A stretch of DNA of 62,417 bases from an uncultured Rhodobiaceae bacterium. GTDB lineage: Bacteria; Pseudomonadota; Alphaproteobacteria; MED-G09. Below the pieces are notes generated by a model. That model did not search any database and was not told the DNA's origin. It worked only from the letters and a program-made list of their open reading frames with translations. The stretch lies in contig CAJWUE010000002.1 of the NCBI GenBank assembly GCA_913047775.1, forward strand, positions 1 to 62,417, in the 5' to 3' direction. This document shows, one piece after another, positions 1-12,167 of the stretch (positions within the stretch are counted from its first letter, which is position 1; each line of letters starts with the position of its first letter). A program made the position numbers and the translations under genes.

Positions 1-2
1 TT

Positions 3-707
3 CCGAAGGACGTTACTATGGCGTTGCTTACAATTTTGAATCCCAACAAGGAGAATCGTACAAGTTTTTCTTATGAGGATTACATTGTTGATTTTGATTT
101 CACCTATCAGTCTTTCATGTTTGCTACTACGGAAGCACAGAGCATCTTTCACGCATTGATGGACAGGTGTGATCGTGTTGACTTGGAGGAATATACCCAT
201 AACGAACTTGGGGAGATTGTTGGTCGCAACCTTGAAGGTGCAACTTTCCAAGACGGTCTACTAGAGGATATTGCTACGGTACTCCGAGGGAATGCGCGTG
301 CGGCACAAAAGATGGCGAACAACATTAAGGCATACTTAAAAGGTCAAGACAAGAAACATCTCGCTGAAGGAGATTGGAGAAAGCTGAAGTTTAACTTGGG
401 TATTCTTCCACTAGGTCTTTCGCGCATTGAGTTGCAGTTGCTCCAGATTCTTGAGACAGATGGTGAGTGCAGTCTCACCAAGTTGGCAGCAAAGACGGGG
501 TTGACTCCAGAGTGCTTGCGTCGTGACTTTGAGATGTACTTACTGAAGAACAACCTTATGGAGATTACCCGTTCGGGTAGAGGTATCACCAAGGGAGGCA
601 GAGATTACTTGAAGGAGGCAGACGGGGAGGAGAAGAAGAACGCTGTCAAAGGCACAATTCGCCTCAAGCTACCAAATCCTCCAAGAAATAAAGCGGTCAG
701 CAAGTAA
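3..707 (+). CDS. RuvB-like AAA+ ATPase with a C-terminal winged-helix domain. It is a fragment: the frame is open to the window start, and the last ~12 codons read into antisense coxI.
   Basis: No stop upstream of the ATG at 18. AAA+ sensor-1-like 'FMFATTE', 'ALMDRCDRVDLEEYT' (compare RuvB 'PLRDRFGI..LEFYT'), sensor-2-like 'RGNARAAQKMANNI' (compare 'RGTPRIANRLLRRV'). Winged-helix part 'LGLSRIELQLLQIL..LTKLAAKTGLTPECLRRDFEMYLLKNNLMEITRSGRGIT' resembles the RuvB C-domain. About 42-50% GC in hand-counted 60-nt samples, against about 30% downstream. Confidence 0.6.
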   Translation, partial: PKDVTMALLTILNPNKENRTSFSYEDYIVDFDFTYQSFMFATTEAQSIFHALMDRCDRVDLEEYTHNELGEIVGRNLEGATFQDGLLEDIATVLRGNARAAQKMANNIKAYLKGQDKKHLAEGDWRKLKFNLGILPLGLSRIELQLLQILETDGECSLTKLAAKTGLTPECLRRDFEMYLLKNNLMEITRSGRGITKGGRDYLKEADGEEKKNAVKGTIRLKLPNPPRNKAVSK

Positions 708-967
708 ACTACCATAATCATACCGTGCATCGTTATGAATTGATAATAAGTAGCCTCACTGATTATTGATAAGGAAGGAAATCCTATCTGAATCCTCATA
801 AACCAAGATAAAACAAGTGCAACTAAGCCAATTGCAATGGCAGTACAAGAATATTGAATTGCAATAATTTTTGCATCTTGGGAGAAAACTTTTTTCGTCC
901 ACCAGCTCTTAGCATGGTAAAGTTCGACGTCTTCAACCTCTTTTTCAGGAACTATTGCATCAGACAT
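671..967 (-). pseudogene. ctaD: Cytochrome c oxidase subunit I, N-terminal 99 codons only (truncated at the junction near 670)
   Basis: '...ATYYQFITMHGMIMVVYLLTALFLGGFG' matches the conserved CoxI helix I-II region ('YNQ..TMHG..M.FF..P...GGFGN'). Similarity ends right after GGFG, where composition also changes. RBS AAGAAAGAGG lies before the ATG at 967, directly downstream of coxB. Confidence 0.75.
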
Positions 968-990
968 AAAAAACCTCTTTCTTAAAAGTA

Positions 991-1818
991 TTAATTCTTA
1001 ACATAAACAACATTACTGTCCGATTTTGCTGCATTTTGAAATTCCTTGAATGTGCTTTGCTCAGAAATCCACTCTTGATAAGAACTTTCATTATCTATTA
1101 CAACAAGACCTCTCATTACGTGATGCCCTACTCCACACAATTCTGCACACAGTATCTCAAATTCTCCTTCCCTAGTGGGAGTAAACCAATAATAAGTTAT
1201 CATTCCGGGAACTAAATCCATTTTTGCACGGAATTGGGGAACATAAAAATCGTGCAGAACATCTATCGATCTTAAAAGCACTTTTACAGGTTTATCTACT
1301 AACAAATGTAGATCATCACCTTCCAATAATATATCGTCCTGACCATTAGGATCTTTTGGATTTAAACCAAAAGGATTTTCTGGGGTTATATTTCTTGCAT
1401 CTGATGTCCCAAGGATGCCGTCTTCACCTGGTAATCTAAAGCTCCATGACCATTGTTGGCCCATAACCTCGACAGGAATTGCATCATCTGGAGGATTGAC
1501 ATAATCATTCCAAACCACAAGTCCCGGCGCTAATAAAGCTATAACACCAATGGTAGTAATAACTGTCAATCTCATCTCCAATTTTTTATCCTCGGGTTGA
1601 TATTCACCCCTACGATCTTCCCTGTATCGATACTTAACTACACAGTAGATCATGAATAAAAGAACTAGAACAAATACGATGCCTGTTAGAAGGAAAGTAA
1701 GTTGAACTGTGGCATCAATCCCACCCCAATTAGAGGCGATTGGTGTCCACCACCAGGGACTTAATAGGTGAAAGATTACTGATCCAAGAACCACAAAAAG
1801 TAACAAAAAAGCAATCAT
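991..1818 (-). CDS. ctaC: Cytochrome c oxidase subunit II
   Basis: CuA site 'HDFYVP...CAELCGVGHHVM' and two N-terminal TM helices. I prefer the ATG at 1818 (MIAFLLL..., RBS AAGGAG about 9 nt upstream) over the TTG at 1842. Confidence 0.9.
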   Translation of the reverse strand: MIAFLLLFVVLGSVIFHLLSPWWWTPIASNWGGIDATVQLTFLLTGIVFVLVLLFMIYCVVKYRYREDRRGEYQPEDKKLEMRLTVITTIGVIALLAPGLVVWNDYVNPPDDAIPVEVMGQQWSWSFRLPGEDGILGTSDARNITPENPFGLNPKDPNGQDDILLEGDDLHLLVDKPVKVLLRSIDVLHDFYVPQFRAKMDLVPGMITYYWFTPTREGEFEILCAELCGVGHHVMRGLVVIDNESSYQEWISEQSTFKEFQNAAKSDSNVVYVKN

Positions 1819-2022
1819 ATAAAATGGCTCCTTATATGACAAATATCAATTCAACTCTGATAAGAAAATTTTGATATTTATTGGCTCACAAAGTACTTAT
1901 CACATCATTAAAGTCAAGGTAGGACATTCAGCCAAGATGTCGCATTATTGTTGAAATTAATATGGTTATAAGAATTATTTTAGTTGCTTTTTTGTTTATT
2001 TGAGGTTTCTTTCTATTAAATA

Positions 2023-2892
2023 ATGATAAAAAAAATTTTTAAAGTAATTGAATTATTTAAGGCTCGAATAAGTCTTACTATCGCCCTATGCGGAATTTCT
2101 GGGGTTTTAGTAATGCCAGAACCTCATTTAGGGTATTTTGATTTCACAATCCTGATTATCTCATTGTTCCTTTCATCTGCAAGTGTGAGTGCTTACAACC
2201 AATATTATGAGAGGGATATCGACTTAATGATGAGGAGAACTCGTGAGCGACCTTTTGCCACAGGTTTTTTTAAACCAAATTTATTATGGCCAATATTTTT
2301 TTTATCAATACTTATTTTTTCTATTCTTTTAGCGGTAAAATTTCTGAATTTTTATTCAGCATTTTATATTTTTCTTGGAGCCTTTTTCTATTGTGTTGTA
2401 TATACAATTCTGCTTAAAAGGCGAAACATTTCAAATATAGTCGTTGGCGGACTAGCCGGAAGCTTTGCAGTCTTAGCTGGAGCGGCGGCTGTTAATCCTA
2501 ACCTTTCAGGCTCATCAATAATACTAGCTGTTGTTCTTTTTCTATGGACACCCCCTCATTTTTGGAGCTTAGCTATCGCTATAAAGGAAGATTATAAAAA
2601 AGCTGGGATTCCAATGCTACCCAATTTGATAAGTCTTAAAAAATCTTCATGGATAATTTTATCTCACACTGTTCTTCTAGTTATAATTTCTTTTCTGCCT
2701 TTCTTCTTCAATATGGGTATCTTGTACTTAATTGGGGCAATTGCAGGAGGGGCTTATTTTATATGGAGAAGTATATTACTTGTATCCAATACGAACAAAA
2801 GAAATGCTATGGCTAATTTTTTTGCTTCTTTTGTTCAATTGGGATTATTGCTCGTTGTCTGTATAGTTGAAGGAGTCATAAATTATTTTTAA
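2023..2892 (+). CDS. ctaB: Protoheme IX farnesyltransferase (heme O synthase)
   Basis: Polytopic UbiA-family membrane protein: 'NQYYERDIDLMMRRTRERPFATG', 'WTPPHFWSLAI'. Confidence 0.9.
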   Translation: MIKKIFKVIELFKARISLTIALCGISGVLVMPEPHLGYFDFTILIISLFLSSASVSAYNQYYERDIDLMMRRTRERPFATGFFKPNLLWPIFFLSILIFSILLAVKFLNFYSAFYIFLGAFFYCVVYTILLKRRNISNIVVGGLAGSFAVLAGAAAVNPNLSGSSIILAVVLFLWTPPHFWSLAIAIKEDYKKAGIPMLPNLISLKKSSWIILSHTVLLVIISFLPFFFNMGILYLIGAIAGGAYFIWRSILLVSNTNKRNAMANFFASFVQLGLLLVVCIVEGVINYF

Positions 2893-2954
2893 AAGATTTG
2901 TAAATCCTAATAATTTAGCTTAATAAAAATTAAATAATTAATTTATTGATAAAC

Positions 2955-4079
2955 ATGAGTAAAACTAAACAAATTACAAAAAACGAAGCCTACGATGCTG
3001 TGGAACCTGACGATTTTAGATCGATGATGGAAGTTGATCGTTATGGAAAGCGTTCTAAAGATTTTGACAAGATAATTTCCGCGACACACGATCATTTCTG
3101 GGATCCGCTTGATGAAAAGTATTTAGATTTTACTGAATCTTTTGATGTAGAAAAAAATTACATAATGCCAGAAAATTTCCTTCCAGAAATGCAGTGTCCT
3201 TCAATATTGAAAATGGATGAAAAATCAAAAATTAAATTAGCAAATGAGAGCACGCGCTGGACCCTTTCCGCAATTTTACATGGAGAACAAGGGGCCTTGA
3301 ATCTTTCAGCCAGCTTGTGCCACATTTTAGTTGACCCGGGAGCCCAAGAATATGTTGCAAATCAAACTAGGGAGGAAGCTAGACATGTTACGGGATTTTC
3401 GAAATACGTTAAGGCAAGATGGGGAAAACCACTTCCAGTAGGGCAGACATTGGGGGATCTTCTATGTGAGCTAGTAGAAGCCCAAGAAGTGTACAAAAAA
3501 ATCGTGGGAATGCAAATACTTGTGGAAGGACTAGCTATGGGCGCCTTTGCCACACTTTATCAAAATTCAAATGATCCTTTGTTGGTTAAATTATGCCAGC
3601 TTGTAATGACGGATGAAGCTTTTCATCATAAATTTGGTAAGATTTGGGCATCAAAAACGATACCTATGTTAGACGAAAAAGAACAAAATATTATCGAAGA
3701 TTGGGCGGCACATTGTTTTCAAGTACTTTTATTTAATTTAGTGAATCCAGAACAAAAGCACATTATCTATGAAAAATTTGGTCTAGACTGGAAAAAGATT
3801 TTGGAAGAACTTCATGAAATTATCTCTGACAACAGCAGAAGGAAGGCAATGGAAAATTCTACAAATATTTTTAGAGTTCTTATAAAGACTTTATTAAATG
3901 CTGGAATAATAACAGATAGAACAAAAGATTTCTATTCTACTTATGTGAATATCGAAGAACTTAAAAAAGAAGGCGATAGAATGGTAGGCGACGATATTGC
4001 AGAGGAAGGTATAAAATACTTAACAGAGCTAAACTTCAAAGATCATAAGAATTCAGTTAAGGCTGTTGCTGCGGAATAA
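2955..4079 (+). CDS. Ferritin-like di-iron carboxylate protein (AurF / R2-like oxidase-type), function unknown
   Basis: Four-ligand-helix pattern E...EXXH...E...EXXH: 'HGEQGA', 'REEARH', 'LVEGLA', 'TDEAFHH'. No TM segments. ATG at 2955 preferred over the TTG at 2946. Confidence 0.7.
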   Translation: MSKTKQITKNEAYDAVEPDDFRSMMEVDRYGKRSKDFDKIISATHDHFWDPLDEKYLDFTESFDVEKNYIMPENFLPEMQCPSILKMDEKSKIKLANESTRWTLSAILHGEQGALNLSASLCHILVDPGAQEYVANQTREEARHVTGFSKYVKARWGKPLPVGQTLGDLLCELVEAQEVYKKIVGMQILVEGLAMGAFATLYQNSNDPLLVKLCQLVMTDEAFHHKFGKIWASKTIPMLDEKEQNIIEDWAAHCFQVLLFNLVNPEQKHIIYEKFGLDWKKILEELHEIISDNSRRKAMENSTNIFRVLIKTLLNAGIITDRTKDFYSTYVNIEELKKEGDRMVGDDIAEEGIKYLTELNFKDHKNSVKAVAAE

Positions 4080-4089
4080 AATTTTTCTT

Positions 4090-4686
4090 TCAATTATCAT
4101 ATGCCCCAGCTTGCAATAAAGCCTCCTCAATCTTGTTAAATCTTTTTTGTTTTGCCCAGTTAAGGGCTGTTCTTCCCGTTAGATCAGTATCATCCGGATA
4201 AGCACCACCCTCAAGAAGGGCTATAACTGAATTATATTTTCCTGCTCTTGTTGCAATTATTAAAGGAGTTTCTCTGTTCGGCCCTAATTTGCTTGGATCA
4301 GAACCATAGTTGATTAAAATCTTTATGAGACTTGGATTATTTTTCATAACTGCAAGTGACAGGGCTGTTCTATTTGAAGGATCTTTTAAATCTGTCCTTG
4401 CTCCCTTTTCAAGTAAATAAAAAATCATATCCATCTTGGATCTTTCAACGGATAGCAATAGAGCGGGGACTTCATCAAAATCTCTCTCATTTACTGAAGA
4501 ACCCGAATTTATGGCACCTATCAAGTCCTCCATCCTTCCAGATTTGACAGCCCTTACTACTAAACCCTCTTTAAATGGACTATTCTTAGATTGGGCTAAA
4601 GATGAATTTACAATTCCTATAGATAGGGCCATCAAGAAGGACAAAGAAACAGATTTTATAAAAATATTTACAAATTTTTTTCTCAT
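4090..4686 (-). CDS. Secreted or periplasmic ankyrin-repeat protein
   Basis: N-terminal signal peptide 'SLSFLMALSIGIVNSSLAQ', then about 4 ANK repeats ('TALSLAVMKNNPSLIKILINYGSDP', 'TPLIIATRAGKYNSVIALLEGGAYPD', 'GRTALNWA'). Confidence 0.85.
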   Translation of the reverse strand: MRKKFVNIFIKSVSLSFLMALSIGIVNSSLAQSKNSPFKEGLVVRAVKSGRMEDLIGAINSGSSVNERDFDEVPALLLSVERSKMDMIFYLLEKGARTDLKDPSNRTALSLAVMKNNPSLIKILINYGSDPSKLGPNRETPLIIATRAGKYNSVIALLEGGAYPDDTDLTGRTALNWAKQKRFNKIEEALLQAGAYDN

Positions 4687-4731
4687 AATGAATTAATTAT
4701 ATAGATTTTCCCTCAAGCATATTATACACAT

Positions 4732-5343
4732 ATGCACATGATTCAGAAATATGTATTAATCTTACTTATTGCAAGTTTTGCGGCTATTTCAATTTATTTC
4801 TTTCAAAATAAGAATTACCACCAAGATAATCTTTCAACAAAGGTTGAAAATCAAGAGGGAATACCTGGAGGTCACTTCGCGCTTACAACCCATAGTGGAG
4901 AGATTTATAATTCTACGTCAGATAAAAACCTTAAGATAATTTATTTTGGTTTTACCTTTTGCCCGGATGTTTGTCCTACTACTCTCATCAATATGGCTAA
5001 TACATTAGAAGAATTGAAGGAAAATAAAAACGAGATAACTCCATTATTTATCAGTATCGATCCTGAAAGGGATAATTTAGAAATACTATCAGAATACGTC
5101 TCCGCCTTTCATCCTAATATTATTGGACTAACAGGATCAGTTGAAGACATTGAAAAGGTGACTGCCGATTGGAAAGTGTACTATAAAAAAGAAGTGAATG
5201 AAGATATGCCAGACAATTACACAATCAATCATTTGGACATTATTTTTATAGCTAACAAAAATAACAATTTTGTTGATTTCGTTAGACCAAACACATCTTA
5301 TAAAGATATAGCAAATAAATTAAGAGAAATACTCAGAAGATAA
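4732..5343 (+). CDS. SCO1/SenC family copper chaperone (cytochrome oxidase CuA assembly)
   Basis: TM anchor plus thioredoxin-like 'YFGFTFCPDVCPTTL' (CxxxC) and a downstream conserved 'INH'. Confidence 0.9.
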   Translation: MHMIQKYVLILLIASFAAISIYFFQNKNYHQDNLSTKVENQEGIPGGHFALTTHSGEIYNSTSDKNLKIIYFGFTFCPDVCPTTLINMANTLEELKENKNEITPLFISIDPERDNLEILSEYVSAFHPNIIGLTGSVEDIEKVTADWKVYYKKEVNEDMPDNYTINHLDIIFIANKNNNFVDFVRPNTSYKDIANKLREILRR

Positions 5344-5348
5344 AAATA

Positions 5349-9006
<3,658 letters not shown>

Positions 9007-9026
9007 ACTAATAATAACACTTATAA

Positions 9027-10130
9027 TTAAACTCTCATTGGCATAAGAACATATGTAGCTTCTTCATGCGCTGAGTCCTTTATAAGGGCCGGGGCCCCAG
9101 GATCTTCTAGAGTAAAAGTCATATTATCTCCATCAATTTGACTGGCAATATCTAGTAAATATCTTGCGTTGAAACCAACCTCAAGTGAATCAGATTTATA
9201 TTCAACGAGCATCTTTTCTACAGCAGTACCTGCTTCAGGGTTTACAACAGTTAGGGTTAGTAAATCGCTTTCAATAAAAAACTTTACCGCCTTCGATTTA
9301 TCCGAAGAAATAGTTGCTACTCGATCAATTGATGAAGAAAATGTTTTAGTTTTCACAGACATAACTTTAGTATTCGTCTTTGGAATTACCCTTTCATAAT
9401 CGGGAAAAGTACCATCTATTAATTTTGACGTAAGCGTAACATTTTCAACATTGAATTGAATTTTAGTATCTGAAATTTTAAGACTAATGTCCCCTTCGGT
9501 ATCCTCTATAAGCTTCCTTATCTCACTTATCGTCTTTCTAGGAATAATAATACTTGGCATTTCATCGGCGCCGTTAGGGAGGTCTGATAATATACAAGCT
9601 AATCTATGGCCGTCTGTTGCTACACCCCTGAGATTACCATCAATAGCATGTAAAAAAATACCGTTAAGATAATATCGTGTCTCCTCAGTAGAGATTGCAA
9701 ATCTAGATTTATCAATAATCTTAGCAAAATCTTTTGATCCTATGGTGAAATTGCATGGCATTTCTCCTGAAGACATTTCTGGAAAATCTTCATCTGGAAG
9801 AGTTGATAGTTCAAAATTTGATTGTCCACAATTTAAAATAATTAAATTATTTTCATTTTTTTCTATATCAATTTGTGAACCCTCAGGAAGCTTTCTTACA
9901 ATATCATAAAGAGTGTGTGCTGAAGTGGTTGTTATCCCAGCATCCAAAGTGTTAGCTTTCAAATTCTCAATTATTTCTAGGTCCAAATCTGTAGCAGTTA
10001 ATGAAATCCCTTCATCATCAGCTTTTATTTTTACGTTGGATAAAACTGGAATAGTATTCCTTCTTTCAACTACACTATGAACATGATTAAGCCCTTTGAG
10101 AAGAATATCTCTTTCAATTGATATCTTCAT
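9027..10130 (-). CDS. dnaN: DNA polymerase III beta sliding clamp
   Basis: 'IPVLSNVKIKADDEGISLTATDLDLEI', 'TRYYLNGIFL', 'ATDGHRLA', C-terminal 'YVLMPMRV'. Confidence 0.95.
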   Translation of the reverse strand: MKISIERDILLKGLNHVHSVVERRNTIPVLSNVKIKADDEGISLTATDLDLEIIENLKANTLDAGITTTSAHTLYDIVRKLPEGSQIDIEKNENNLIILNCGQSNFELSTLPDEDFPEMSSGEMPCNFTIGSKDFAKIIDKSRFAISTEETRYYLNGIFLHAIDGNLRGVATDGHRLACILSDLPNGADEMPSIIIPRKTISEIRKLIEDTEGDISLKISDTKIQFNVENVTLTSKLIDGTFPDYERVIPKTNTKVMSVKTKTFSSSIDRVATISSDKSKAVKFFIESDLLTLTVVNPEAGTAVEKMLVEYKSDSLEVGFNARYLLDIASQIDGDNMTFTLEDPGAPALIKDSAHEEATYVLMPMRV

Positions 10131-10246
10131 TAATTAATAGCTCCTAAACACCAAAATTTACCCATTACCCACTAAAAGTAGGTAAATATTAAAAACGAAT
10201 CATTAATAGAAATTATAGCAGAAAACTAAGAAAAATCACTCAAGAA

Positions 10247-11668
10247 TCAATTTTCTAATACCCTTCTAAGTATTTCTACTTCTTCATCTATCGCTATGTC
10301 AGAGTTTCGCAAATCTTCGACCCTTTTAACAGCATGTATCACGGTTGTATGATCCCTGCCACCAAACATACGGCCTATTTCTGGAAGAGATCTAGTTGTT
10401 AACATTTTAGATAAATACATGGCTATCTGACGTGGTCTGGCTATTGTTCTCGACCTTCTTGATGAGAGTAGGTCGGCTAATCTTAAATTGTAATAATCCG
10501 CGACCTTTCTTTGAATATCATCGATGGTTATTTTTCTTTGAGATGCTCTTATCAAATCCTTAAGTACTTCTTTTGCCATATCAATACTTAAAGGCCTTCC
10601 TGCAAAAGACGAATAAGCTATAACTCGGTTTAAAGCCCCTTCAAGGACACGAATATTGGAATCAATTCTTTGAGCTAAAAATTCCAGCAAATCATCTTGA
10701 ATAAGAATTCCTGGATTTTCTAAAATATGTGTCTCAGCTTTTGACTGCAGTATCCCTAGTCTCAATTCATAATCTGAAGGATGAATATCTGCTACCAATC
10801 CCCATCCCAATCTTGACCTAATTCTCTCTTCAATTCCATCGAGATCAACCGGAGACCTATCTGCAGATACTACTATTTGATGATTATGATCAATTAAAGT
10901 ATTGAAGGTGTGGAAAAATTCTTCTTGAGTTGAATCCTTACCAGCAATAAATTGAATGTCGTCCACCATAAGCACATCGACAGATCTAAATTGCTGTTTA
11001 AAGGACATTGTATCTTTAAACCTTAATGCCCTAATGAATTGGTACATAAATTTTTCAGCTGATAGATAAAGGACCTTTCTTTGTGGCCAATTTTTGTTAA
11101 TTTCTAAAGCTATTGCATGTAAAAGATGGGTTTTTCCTAAGCCAACACCCCCATATAAAAATAATGGATTAAAGGAAACTTTTTCAGATTCAGTAATACG
11201 TCTCGCAGCTGCATAGGCTAACTCATTAGAAGGACCTACAACAAAATTTTCAAAAGACAAGCTTGTATCTATAGGAGCGCCCAGCATAGAGTTGTGATCT
11301 CCTGAATCGGAAAAATTTTTAGTTATATGCTTTGAACTTTCTAAATGGACGGGGTTAACATTTTTCTCAGTTTTCTGGGGTTCATTTTTATAGTTAACTA
11401 CATCAATTACTAAAGAAGCAATATTTTCAGATTCTTTTCTTAATATTGTAAGGAGTCTTTGAGCATAATGCGCTTCTATCCAATCTCTCATGAATCTAGT
11501 AGGGACATAAAGGACTAGTTGGTCTTCCTTTAATTCTCCAAATTCCACATTCCTGAACCAACTTTTAAAAGTGGCTTCACCTATTTCTGCTCTTATTACT
11601 GATAAAGAACGATTCCAAGATTTCTTTAACTCGGCTTCATGGACAGTTTCATCGTTCAATTTCATCAC
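10247..11668 (-). CDS. dnaA: Chromosomal replication initiator DnaA
   Basis: 'FENFVVGPSNELAYAAA', 'NPLFLYGGVGLGKTHLLHAI', 'VLMVDDIQFIAGK', C-terminal HTH 'IARPRQIAMYLSKMLTTRSLPEIGRMFGGRDHTTVIHA'. Confidence 0.97.
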   Translation of the reverse strand: MMKLNDETVHEAELKKSWNRSLSVIRAEIGEATFKSWFRNVEFGELKEDQLVLYVPTRFMRDWIEAHYAQRLLTILRKESENIASLVIDVVNYKNEPQKTEKNVNPVHLESSKHITKNFSDSGDHNSMLGAPIDTSLSFENFVVGPSNELAYAAARRITESEKVSFNPLFLYGGVGLGKTHLLHAIALEINKNWPQRKVLYLSAEKFMYQFIRALRFKDTMSFKQQFRSVDVLMVDDIQFIAGKDSTQEEFFHTFNTLIDHNHQIVVSADRSPVDLDGIEERIRSRLGWGLVADIHPSDYELRLGILQSKAETHILENPGILIQDDLLEFLAQRIDSNIRVLEGALNRVIAYSSFAGRPLSIDMAKEVLKDLIRASQRKITIDDIQRKVADYYNLRLADLLSSRRSRTIARPRQIAMYLSKMLTTRSLPEIGRMFGGRDHTTVIHAVKRVEDLRNSDIAIDEEVEILRRVLEN

Positions 11669-11713
11669 CCCCCTAACTACTCAGACATTCACACATAATT
11701 TCAAAAATAATTG

Positions 11714-11746
11714 AAAAAAAGGCCTGTCTTAGAAAACAGACAAGGT
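11714..11746 (-). terminator. Candidate intrinsic terminator downstream of rpsT
   Basis: Minus-strand RNA is CCUUGUCU-GUUUUCUA-AGACAGG (7 bp, one bulge), then CC and U7. It lies about 85 nt after the rpsT stop and upstream of dnaA. Confidence 0.5.
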
Positions 11747-11832
11747 CATCACCCTACGCCTGAGTCAAGTTTCATGCAATAAGATTTATGAAAAAAAATA
11801 TTGCTAATAATAAATCTTTGTAAAGGAGAATG

Positions 11833-12096
11833 CTAATCTAAAACTTTAGCTTGTTTAGATAGTCTAGAAATTTTTCTTGAGGCATTTTTTTTATGAATTA
11901 TACCCTTTTGAGCAAGGCTCATAATCTTAGGTTGCGCTTCTTTTAATGCCAATTTTGCTGCTTCGCCATCTTTATTTCCTACAGCCTCGTCAAATCTTTT
12001 TAAATAAGTCTTAACACGCGTCAAGAGTGATTTATTTCTCTCAGTCCTTTTATTTATTTTCCTTATCATTTTTTTAGAGGAAGATAAATTTGCCAT
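11833..12096 (-). CDS. rpsT: 30S ribosomal protein S20
   Basis: 87 aa, basic, 'MANLSSSKKMIRKINKRTERNKS...IHKKNASRKISRL'. Confidence 0.93.
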   Translation of the reverse strand: MANLSSSKKMIRKINKRTERNKSLLTRVKTYLKRFDEAVGNKDGEAAKLALKEAQPKIMSLAQKGIIHKKNASRKISRLSKQAKVLD

Positions 12097-12167
12097 ATAA
12101 GTCTACCTTTTTATAGTTTATTGCGGTTTATATTAATTTAGGCATTAAGCGTCAAGCTTTCTATTCT

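Noticed and set aside
10131-11832. A possible replication origin flanking dnaA (the rpsT-dnaA and dnaA-dnaN spacers).
   Set aside because: By eye I found no TTATCCACA/TGTGGATAA-type DnaA boxes within two mismatches and no AT-rich 13-mer array. The spacers are only 164 and 116 nt. Alphaproteobacterial origins are often located elsewhere, for example near hemE.
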